From an uncultured Planctomycetota bacterium (GTDB taxonomy: Bacteria > Planctomycetota > Planctomycetia > Gemmatales > Gemmataceae), in the NCBI GenBank assembly GCA_963849325.1, contig CAWKHF010000002.1, positions 800,001 to 864,000 on the forward strand: a stretch of DNA of 64,000 nucleotides, given 5' to 3'. Position 1 is the first letter of the stretch; each line of letters opens with the position of its first letter. The notes beneath the pieces were generated by a model that was given only the letters and a program-made list of their open reading frames with translations, searched no databases and was not told where the DNA came from. A program made the translations under genes and the position numbers. This document shows, piece after piece, positions 9,658 through 19,235 of the stretch.

Positions 9658-9989
9658 TGACTGAGGTGTTAAAACCCAACAAAAAATATGGCCATGTTTA
9701 CGCGATTATTCGTTACGAGACGGACGCGGCGCAGGCGACGCCGATCGATCTTCGCGTCACCGTGAAGAAGATTGTTACAGACCCGCACTATGCGGAGAAG
9801 GAAGTACAACGCCTTAACGACCTAAACAAAGAAAAAGGATCCTATTACTTCTTGCAAGTTACCCGGTTTGAAGATGCACCTGTTCCATTCCAAGCTGTCC
9901 CACCGATTATGAGCAGTGACCGTGGAGATGCCGACGTCCAAGGTGTCGGAGCCGAACCGGGCGCGGCAGCAGACCGGCCACGCGAATAG
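9654..9989 (+). CDS. hypothetical protein, candidate immunity/antitoxin partner, cassette-borne
   Basis: GTGATG overlap with the upstream stop; low GC; tail AEPGAAADRPRE is translated from the attC-like site. Confidence 0.65.
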   Translation: MMTEVLKPNKKYGHVYAIIRYETDAAQATPIDLRVTVKKIVTDPHYAEKEVQRLNDLNKEKGSYYFLQVTRFEDAPVPFQAVPPIMSSDRGDADVQGVGAEPGAAADRPRE

Positions 9990-10051
9990 CGCCCGTGCCT
10001 GCCATGCTGTTTTCTCCCACGTGAGCCGGCTGCTCCATTGCGTCGTTCGGC
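9951..10051 (+). mobile_element. integron attC-like recombination site (solitary)
   Basis: GCCGAAC (9951-9957) and GTTCGGC (10045-10051) are complementary cores; inner imperfect L-box pair GCAGCAG / CGGCTGC; 101 bp, at the 3' end of a low-GC gene. Confidence 0.7.
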
Positions 10052-10102
10052 AGATCGATGGCGCGTCGAGAACGACTCGGCGCTGCGTAAGGGAAGGGAC
10101 AG

Positions 10103-12247
10103 GTGATGAGAACAAGCGCGCTGGAGCGGCGGTTTTTTCTGGTGGTTACATCGGTCGTCGCCGCACTGTGCCTCAACCGCCCGGTGTCGGGACGGCCGTT
10201 GGAATGGACATCCGCCACACCGGAAAGCCAGGGAATGGCGAAGGAGAAGCTCGACGCCCTCAAGGACGAATTGGCGAAGCGCAAGACCCACGCCTTCCTG
10301 GTCGTCCGCAACGACAAGATCGTCTACGAGTGGTACGCGGCCGGGTACGGTGCGAACAAGAAACATGGGGCCGCGTCCCTGTCCAAGGCGACGGTTGCCG
10401 GCCTGGCACTGGCGCTGCTTTTGAGCGACCGCAAACTCCAGCTCGATACGCCGGTCGCCGAGTTGGTGCCGGCCTGGAACGATGACCCCCGTAAACGCAA
10501 GGTCACGCTGCGCCATCTTGGCACGCACACGTCCGGACTGGCCGACGCCGAACAAGGCCGCCTGCCCCACGACAAACTCCCCGGCTGGAAAGGCGACTTT
10601 TGGAAACGACTTGACCCACCCAACGATCCTTTCACCCTCGCGCGGGACAAAGCACCGGTCCTGTTCGAGCCGGGGACGAAGTTGCAGTACAGCAATCCCG
10701 GAATCGCCATGCTAGGCTATGCCGTTACCGCGGCCTTGAAGGACGCGCCGCACAAGGACATCCGCACTCTGCTCCGCGACCGCGTGATGCGGCCGATCGG
10801 CGTGGCCGACAGCGAATGGTCGATCGGCTATGGCCAGACGTTCCGGGTCGATGGCTTGCCCCTGGTCGCGGGCTGGGGCGGTGGAAGTTATACCGCTCGG
10901 GCCTCGGCCCGCATCGGCCGACTCTTGCTCCGCGAAGGCGACTGGAACGGTCAACGCATCCTCGGCAAGAAGGCGGTAGGCCAGGTAACGGGCGACGCCG
11001 GCCTGCCCGGCCATTGTGGCATGGGCTTCTGGACCAACGCCGATGGTCGTTATTCCCGTTTGCCCAGGGATACCTACTACGGCGCCGGGGCCGGCGATCA
11101 GCTCTTGATCGTGGTTCCCAGCCGGAACTTGATCGTGGTTCGCAACGGCGAAACGCTCGCCCCCGAACCGAAGAACGCCAAGGACGTGTTTGAAGCCTTT
11201 CACGATCCGCGCGTGAAGGTCCTCTTTGAGCCGCTTTTGGACGCGATCACCGACCGCCCCAAGCAATCCCGTACCGCTCCCTACCCGTCCAGCAAGGTGA
11301 TCGCGGGCATCGACTGGGCGCCAAAGGAAGCAATCATCCGCAAAGCCAGGGGCAGCGACAACTGGCCGCTCACCTGGGCGGAGGACGATCACCAGTACAC
11401 GGCCTATGGCGACGGCCGGGGTTTCGAACCGTTTGTGCCGAAGAAGCTGGGACTGGGATTCGCTCGGATCGAGGGCGACCCGCCCGGCTTCCAGGGCGTC
11501 AACATCCCTTCTTCCAGCGGCGAACAGTTCGGCGATGGGGCCGCGTCGAGGAAGGCCAGCGGCCTTCTCTGCGTCGAGGGCGTGCTGTACCTGTGGACGC
11601 GCAACGCCGGCAACGCGCAGCTGGCCTGGTCGAAGGACCACGGTCGGACGTGGCAATGGGCCTCCTGGAAGTTCACGACAAGCTTCGGCTGCCCGACGTT
11701 TCTGAACTTCGGCAAAAACTACACGGGTGCCCGCGACGAGTTCGTCTACGTCTACTCGCACGACGCCGACAGCGCGTACAAGCCGGCCGACCGCATGGTC
11801 CTGGCCCGCGTCCCCAGGCGAAACATCACGCAGCGCAATGCCTACGAGTTTTTCCGAGGTCTGGACGCCGAGGGACGGCCGCTCTGGTCGAAAGCACTTG
11901 CCGATCGCGCCGCCGTCTTCACGGACAAAGGAAGGTGTTACCGCTCCGGCATCACCTACAACGCCGGCCTTCAACGCTACCTGTGGGTGCAGATCCTTCC
12001 GGGAACGGAAGGCCGGAAGGCCGACACCCGCTTCGAGGGCGGTTTCGCCATCTATGATGCCCCGGAGCCGTGGGGAACGTGGACGACGGTTTACTTCACC
12101 GAGAAATGGGACGTCGGTCCGGGCGAAACGGCCAGCTTCCCAACCAAGTGGATGAGCACCGACGGCAAGACCGTTCATCTGGTGTTTTCGGGGGACGATT
12201 CCTTTGCCGTCCGCGAAGCGCGCCTGACGGTTGCCGGTACGAAGTAA
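10103..12247 (+). CDS. exported serine hydrolase (beta-lactamase/AmpC-like fold) fused to a DUF4185-like domain
   Basis: Signal peptide, SxxK (ASLSKA), LRHLGTHTSGL, YSN; second domain starts APYPSSKVI..SDNWPLTW..YGDG. Confidence 0.85.
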   Translation: MMRTSALERRFFLVVTSVVAALCLNRPVSGRPLEWTSATPESQGMAKEKLDALKDELAKRKTHAFLVVRNDKIVYEWYAAGYGANKKHGAASLSKATVAGLALALLLSDRKLQLDTPVAELVPAWNDDPRKRKVTLRHLGTHTSGLADAEQGRLPHDKLPGWKGDFWKRLDPPNDPFTLARDKAPVLFEPGTKLQYSNPGIAMLGYAVTAALKDAPHKDIRTLLRDRVMRPIGVADSEWSIGYGQTFRVDGLPLVAGWGGGSYTARASARIGRLLLREGDWNGQRILGKKAVGQVTGDAGLPGHCGMGFWTNADGRYSRLPRDTYYGAGAGDQLLIVVPSRNLIVVRNGETLAPEPKNAKDVFEAFHDPRVKVLFEPLLDAITDRPKQSRTAPYPSSKVIAGIDWAPKEAIIRKARGSDNWPLTWAEDDHQYTAYGDGRGFEPFVPKKLGLGFARIEGDPPGFQGVNIPSSSGEQFGDGAASRKASGLLCVEGVLYLWTRNAGNAQLAWSKDHGRTWQWASWKFTTSFGCPTFLNFGKNYTGARDEFVYVYSHDADSAYKPADRMVLARVPRRNITQRNAYEFFRGLDAEGRPLWSKALADRAAVFTDKGRCYRSGITYNAGLQRYLWVQILPGTEGRKADTRFEGGFAIYDAPEPWGTWTTVYFTEKWDVGPGETASFPTKWMSTDGKTVHLVFSGDDSFAVREARLTVAGTK

Positions 12248-12316
12248 TCGCCGCCCAGCTTGGCATTGACGATGACGTGTCCGGAGTACCGCCCGGGAGA
12301 GCGGAAACAAGTTGCC

Positions 12317-12670
12317 TCATCGGAGCGGCAGGTAACGTACTTGACCTTCCCACTCCCCGTCCAAGCTGCACTCGGCCAGCAGCACGATCTCCTCGATGGC
12401 AACCCCGATCGGCACGTGTCGCCCGACCTCGAAGACGCCCGGCATCGGCTTTCCCTCCCGCACGCGGTCATACGCATAACGAGTCATCGTCGCCACGTCA
12501 TGCGTCAGCAAGACGCGGCCTGACTGTGCCGCCCACTCCAGAATGGTTGGGTCATCGGCCGACAATAGCCCCGCGTCTTGCACACGTGCAATGTCCACAG
12601 CCGGATCTCGGCGGTGGACGCCCCGTACGATGTCGTTGTTGAAGTTCTCATCCGCAGCGAGTCGGAGCAT
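12317..12670 (-). CDS. DUF5615 PIN-like toxin
   Basis: LAADEN, DDPTILEWA, RVLLTHD motifs. Confidence 0.85.
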   Translation of the reverse strand: MLRLAADENFNNDIVRGVHRRDPAVDIARVQDAGLLSADDPTILEWAAQSGRVLLTHDVATMTRYAYDRVREGKPMPGVFEVGRHVPIGVAIEEIVLLAECSLDGEWEGQVRYLPLR

Positions 12671-12676
12671 TGTCGC

Positions 12677-13006
12677 TCATCCTTGACGCCGCCGGGAAAG
12701 AAGGCGGTCGCGGATTCCGGTAGGGTTAAAGCGAACCTCGTTCTCCCGCCGGACGTCGTCGGCGAAGTGCCGACGGCCGCGCAAGTACGCTTCGACTTCT
12801 TCGCGGTGATTGAGAACGTAGCCAATGACCGAATAGACCTGGGCCAATTGTAGAGAGGGATACTGTTCAACGATTCCCTCCGGCGTCATCCCCTCCTGGA
12901 AGGCCGCGACCACCGTATCAAGGGTCACGCGGGTGGAACCGATGCGTACCACGCCATCGGCATCACTCGCCAGCGGTGCAGGCTCGGGGATCACCAACAG
13001 CGACAT
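12677..13006 (-). CDS. DUF433 antitoxin
   Basis: GSTRVTLDTVV...GMTPEGIVEQYPSL; AGGAGG RBS; directly upstream of the DUF5615 gene. Confidence 0.85.
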   Translation of the reverse strand: MSLLVIPEPAPLASDADGVVRIGSTRVTLDTVVAAFQEGMTPEGIVEQYPSLQLAQVYSVIGYVLNHREEVEAYLRGRRHFADDVRRENEVRFNPTGIRDRLLSRRRQG

Positions 13007-13114
13007 GCGATCACCTCCTCCAGCCGTTTCCCCTGCGTCCATCCTCTTTCTTTCAGTGTACGCCGGTGGCGACCAGCGCTCAAACGGCAGTTCGTTCGCA
13101 TGGACGTCCGAGCG

Positions 13115-15745
13115 TCATTCGTAGGCGATGGCCTCAGCGATACGTAGGCGCGTGGCATGATACGCCGGCCACAGACCGACGAGCGTGGCCAGCACCACGG
13201 ACAGACCTAGGACGACGGCGGCCGGCTTCCACGGCACCAGCATGGGGAAGACGAAGCCAGCCTCGTCGAACAGGAGCAAGCGGATCGTGTACCACTCGAT
13301 GAACAGGCCGATCAGGAAACCGAGGATCGCTCCGAAGAAACCCATCAGGGCCGCCTCCGCCAGGACGGTGCCGAGCACCTGGCCGCGCGACGCACCCACG
13401 GCCCGCAGCAGTCCCAACTCGCGCCGGCGCTGCAACACCGAGATGAACAGGGCGCTGACCACGCCCAGCAGCGTCACCAGGCCGACGATGAAAAACTGAG
13501 CGTAGCCCAGCAGATAGACGCGATCGATGCCTTCCTCGATGCTCTTGTGCATCTGGGCCCGTGTCGCCGCGTACAGCGCTTCCTGCTGGCCCCACTTCGC
13601 CTGGACCTGCTCGCGCACGGCTTCCGCATCGGCGCCCGGCTTCAAATAGACGTCCCAGATGTCCACCAGATTGTCACCGTAGACGCGGCGAAACCAGGCG
13701 CGATCGACAAGGATGGTGCCGCGGTTCCAGGTGTAATCAACGATGACGCCAATCACTTCCAGCGTAAGGGGGCCATCCCGTCCGCGCACGGTGATCTGAT
13801 CCCCCGGATGGACGTTATACAGAGCGGCGAAGTTTTCCGACACCAGCGCCCTGCCGCCTTCGCGCAGGCTCGGATAATTGTGAGCCAGCGTTTGCCGAGT
13901 GCGTGGGTGGTCCTCCGCGAAAGCGTCGGTATCGAACGCCAGCATGAAAACGAGACGTTCGCGGAAATCGAGGATGTGAAAACGGATGCCGACCGCCGCC
14001 TCGATTTCCGGCAGGGACATCAGTTTGTCGCGTAGATGGGCATCCATTGGCTGCGTCAGGCTGGCCGAATCGATCGAGCCGCCGCAGGTGACGAACAGGT
14101 CGGCGGCGATCTTGTCATCGACCCAGGTGTAGACGGTCTCCTTGGTGCTGTGGATGAAGCCGGCCAGACCGAAGACGAGTCCGGCCGTGGCCGCCAGGGC
14201 GGCGATGACGATGCCGGTTCGTCCAGGACTGCGCACGAGGTTGTCGGCGGCGAGCCGGCTCTCCAGCCCGAGGTACGCGCGCACGACCGGCCGCAACAGG
14301 CGACCCATCAGCTCGGTCGCCAGGGGGACCAGGACCAGCCCGCTCACAAACAGCAGGACGGCCCCGGCGAAGACGCCGACGCGGCGCGGCAGATGTTCGC
14401 GTCCCATGACCGAGGCGGCGCCGGCCAGCAACAACAAGGCGATGGCGGACAGGTGCAGGACACGATGACGAAAGCGGCTACTCCGCGGTACGCGGCGGAC
14501 AGCGTCGGCCGGCTCCTCCGAGGCGGCTTGCAAGGCCGGCACCAGCGCCGCCAGCATCGCCGTGCCGACGCCGGACACCAACGCGATCAGCATCAGCGAG
14601 GGCGACAGTTGCAGCGAGGCGCCCCCCATCGGCACGAACACGTCGCTGAGGAAGCCCAGCAGCGGACGCAGCGTCAACCAGCCCAACCCCCAGCCCAGCG
14701 GCAGACCGAGCGCCGAACCGACCAGCCCCAGCAGGGCGGCCTCACCCAGGAATAGGCCGGCCACCTGGCTGCGCGTCGCCCCCACCGAGCGCAGGATGCC
14801 GATGTCGTGCCGACGCTCGGCCACGCTGACCGATAGCACGTTGTAGACGAGGAACAACCCGACCACCAGCGCGATGGCCCCGCCGATGTCGAAGCCCAGT
14901 TCCAGCCCGCCCGTCACATCGCGTACCGCTTCGTAGTTCGACTCCAGAGTGCGTACCTCGGCCCGGTCGCCGACGTACTCTTTCAGCCGCTGCCGCACCT
15001 GCTGCCGATCCGCTCCCGGCTCGACGAGAATGTTGATCTGGCTGACGTTCTCGCGCCGCTGGGGAAAGATCAAGGCGGCGGCGTCGCCGAGGTCCATGAC
15101 GACGAAATTGCCCTCTCTCAGTGCCGCCACGTTCCGGAAATGGACCGTGCCCAGCAAGCGGAAGCTGCTCCGCTTGCTGGCGGCTAACGCCTGAAATTCC
15201 TTGCCGTCGTTAGGGAGTTTGTCTTCAAGATCTCGCCCGAGCTTCTCGCCGACCAGCACCGGCGTGCGTCCGCGTAGACGCTCGCCCATCAGCCACAACA
15301 AACCGGCCGGCTCGAACGGATTGTGGAGCCAGTGAATTTCGGCGCCCCAGGGGTTGTCCGCCTGGGACTGGGCGTTCGGCAGATCGTGGGCTGCGGACCA
15401 GTCGAGTCCGAACAGCCACACGGATCGGCCCTTCTTATCGAGCTGCGGCAGGGTGATGCGGCCGAGGATGATCGGCTGGGCGTCGCGCAGACCGGGAATG
15501 TCGGCCTTTTTCAGCTCACCGGCCAACGGACGCGGTACGCCGGTCTGGGCGTTCATGACGACTAGGTCGGCGACCTTGGCCATAGGATTGACGGCCTCGG
15601 GCCCTTCCTGGTGAATACTCTGATTGAGCAGGCGCGTGGCTACCAGCGTGGTCACGCCCAGCGAGATGCTGAGGACGATCAGCACCGCCCGCGTCGGATG
15701 CAGGCGCAAATAACCAACGCTCAGGCTGCGGTGAAGTGCCAGCAT
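13115..15745 (-). CDS. ABC transporter permease, double MacB/FtsX type
   Basis: Two FtsX repeats (SVAERRHDIGILRSVGA; SVLQRRRELGLLRAVGA) with periplasmic domains; likely start MLALHRSL. Confidence 0.9.
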   Translation of the reverse strand: MLALHRSLSVGYLRLHPTRAVLIVLSISLGVTTLVATRLLNQSIHQEGPEAVNPMAKVADLVVMNAQTGVPRPLAGELKKADIPGLRDAQPIILGRITLPQLDKKGRSVWLFGLDWSAAHDLPNAQSQADNPWGAEIHWLHNPFEPAGLLWLMGERLRGRTPVLVGEKLGRDLEDKLPNDGKEFQALAASKRSSFRLLGTVHFRNVAALREGNFVVMDLGDAAALIFPQRRENVSQINILVEPGADRQQVRQRLKEYVGDRAEVRTLESNYEAVRDVTGGLELGFDIGGAIALVVGLFLVYNVLSVSVAERRHDIGILRSVGATRSQVAGLFLGEAALLGLVGSALGLPLGWGLGWLTLRPLLGFLSDVFVPMGGASLQLSPSLMLIALVSGVGTAMLAALVPALQAASEEPADAVRRVPRSSRFRHRVLHLSAIALLLLAGAASVMGREHLPRRVGVFAGAVLLFVSGLVLVPLATELMGRLLRPVVRAYLGLESRLAADNLVRSPGRTGIVIAALAATAGLVFGLAGFIHSTKETVYTWVDDKIAADLFVTCGGSIDSASLTQPMDAHLRDKLMSLPEIEAAVGIRFHILDFRERLVFMLAFDTDAFAEDHPRTRQTLAHNYPSLREGGRALVSENFAALYNVHPGDQITVRGRDGPLTLEVIGVIVDYTWNRGTILVDRAWFRRVYGDNLVDIWDVYLKPGADAEAVREQVQAKWGQQEALYAATRAQMHKSIEEGIDRVYLLGYAQFFIVGLVTLLGVVSALFISVLQRRRELGLLRAVGASRGQVLGTVLAEAALMGFFGAILGFLIGLFIEWYTIRLLLFDEAGFVFPMLVPWKPAAVVLGLSVVLATLVGLWPAYHATRLRIAEAIAYE

Positions 15746-15758
15746 GTCGAGGCCCGTG

Positions 15759-16505
15759 TCATCGAGGATGGAAGGTCGAGGAGGACATCGGCGTGAAACT
15801 CTCGGGGGAGGCCGGCTGTCCGTTGCGCGACAGGTCGTCGATGCCCGCGAGGAGGCCATCGCGGATGTGCACCAGGCGGTCGCCGTAGGCGGCGGCCTGC
15901 GGATCGTGCGTCACCATGACGACGCTGCGCCGTCCCGATTCCGGCAGACTGCGCAGCAGGTTCAGGATGTCGCGGCTGTTGGCCGAATCGAGGTTGCCGG
16001 TCGGCTCATCGCACAGCACGGCGTCCGGCTCCATGACCAGGGCGCGAGCGACGGCCACGCGCTGCATTTCGCCGCCGGACATCTCCTCCGGGTGGTGTTC
16101 GCCGCGGTGTCCCAGGCCGACGCGCTCCAGGGCGGCGACCGCCAAGATCAAGGCGCGGCCCCGCGGCTGGCCTTCGAGAAACAGCGGCAGGGCCACGTTC
16201 TCCGCCGCCGTCAACGTCGGCAGCAGGTTGAAGAATTGAAAGACGAAACCGATCTTCGTCCGCCGAAATTTGGACCGTTCTCGATCCGACATCGTGTGCA
16301 GATCGCGTCCCTGGAATAGCGCTCGACCCGTCGTCGGCGTATCGAGGGCGCCCAGCAGGTGCATCAAGGTGGACTTGCCGGAGCCACTGGGTCCCATGAT
16401 CGACACGAACTCGCCGGCGGCGATGGTCAGGCTCACGCCGCGCACGGCGTGGACTGGCGTTCGTCCGGTATTGTAGACTTTCGTGACCTCGACCAGTTCC
16501 ATCAT
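15759..16505 (-). CDS. ABC transporter ATP-binding protein (LolD/MacB-like)
   Basis: GPSGSGKST, MSGGEMQRV, DEPTGNLD, VTHD. Confidence 0.95.
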   Translation of the reverse strand: MMELVEVTKVYNTGRTPVHAVRGVSLTIAAGEFVSIMGPSGSGKSTLMHLLGALDTPTTGRALFQGRDLHTMSDRERSKFRRTKIGFVFQFFNLLPTLTAAENVALPLFLEGQPRGRALILAVAALERVGLGHRGEHHPEEMSGGEMQRVAVARALVMEPDAVLCDEPTGNLDSANSRDILNLLRSLPESGRRSVVMVTHDPQAAAYGDRLVHIRDGLLAGIDDLSRNGQPASPESFTPMSSSTFHPR

Positions 16506-16522
16506 GAGGAAGGCTCCGACTA

Positions 16523-17212
16523 TCAGGTGCCGCGCTGTCGGCCGGCGCGCTCGAACAATCGTTGCAAGGGGAGGACGAAACCGGGCAGCACGTCGCCGCC
16601 TTCCAGAGAGCCGTCGGGGCCGATCTCCTGGAACGTATCGGGGCTGGTGTACGCGCGGGCGGACTGCGTCTTCGGGTAGATTTCCCAGACCAAGCGTGCG
16701 CCGCCCTGGAAATACTCGCCGCGCTTGCCCTCCATTTCGCGGCGGGTATTGCTGGTGCTGAGCACCTCGACAGCCAGATCGGGGACCAGATCCGCAATCG
16801 GCTCGGCAGGCAGTTCGCGGTCGGGTAGCCGCTCCCAGGAAACGAAGGAGACATCGGGCAGGCGCACTCGGCCCGGCACGATCCGCAGCATGGCATCGCC
16901 GGGATAGCAGATGCCTCGATCGTGTTCTTCCAGGTAATCCTCGATGAAGTGAAAAATCAGGCCGCCAAGACGAGCTTCATACTGTCCCACGGCTTTCTCC
17001 ACCAGAGTGCCATCGACCAGTTCGCACAGCCGTTTGCGCGGCGCTGCTTCCGCCGCGATCACGTCTTGCTCCGTGGCGGTGCCGGGATAGGGTTTCATAC
17101 GAACCCGCTGCGGCGGAATGTCGCCCAGCCGTTCGAGCAAGTCGGCCACCGTTTCCAAATTAGCGATGGCAGGGTCCATCGTGACGCTGGAAGACGTTAG
17201 GGTTGGAGGCAC
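16523..17212 (-). CDS. Uma2 (DUF820) family endonuclease-like protein
   Basis: CELVDGTLVEK, RLPDVSF, PDLAVEVLS, GARLVWEI, GGDVLPGF. Confidence 0.9.
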   Translation of the reverse strand: MPPTLTSSSVTMDPAIANLETVADLLERLGDIPPQRVRMKPYPGTATEQDVIAAEAAPRKRLCELVDGTLVEKAVGQYEARLGGLIFHFIEDYLEEHDRGICYPGDAMLRIVPGRVRLPDVSFVSWERLPDRELPAEPIADLVPDLAVEVLSTSNTRREMEGKRGEYFQGGARLVWEIYPKTQSARAYTSPDTFQEIGPDGSLEGGDVLPGFVLPLQRLFERAGRQRGT

Positions 17213-17224
17213 GTGCGATTCCTT

Positions 17225-18898
<1,674 letters not shown>

Positions 18899-19124
18899 GC
18901 CACCCTTCGTCTTCGTTTCCATCCGCCCTCGATCCCGCACCGAGGGAAACGTTGTTAGCCTACCGAAGCCGGCGCGGGAGGTCAAACCACGTCCGGGCGG
19001 TCTTTCTCCGACATCCGTGACGCTGTATACAGGATGTACTCGCCGAGAGCGTTTCCGGTTGCAGGAATGGCGAGCGGTACTTTCGCGGCCGGAGGGGAGA
19101 AAAGTCATTGGCCGGACAGGGAAC

Positions 19125-19176
19125 GAAAAGGCATCTGGAGACTTTTCCTATCCGAAAAGGTTCCTGACACCTTTTC
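19125..19176. repeat. degenerate inverted pair of GAAAAGGTTCCTGACACCTTTTC-type REP
   Basis: GAAAAGGCATCTGGAGACTTTTC and GAAAAGGTTCCTGACACCTTTTC in inverted orientation (5 mismatches); each has self-complementary ends. Confidence 0.55.
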
Positions 19177-19235
19177 CCCTTCCCACCTTTTCCCCTTCCG
19201 AGGCCCGAGGGAGGAGAAGGTCTCTCGAATAAAAT

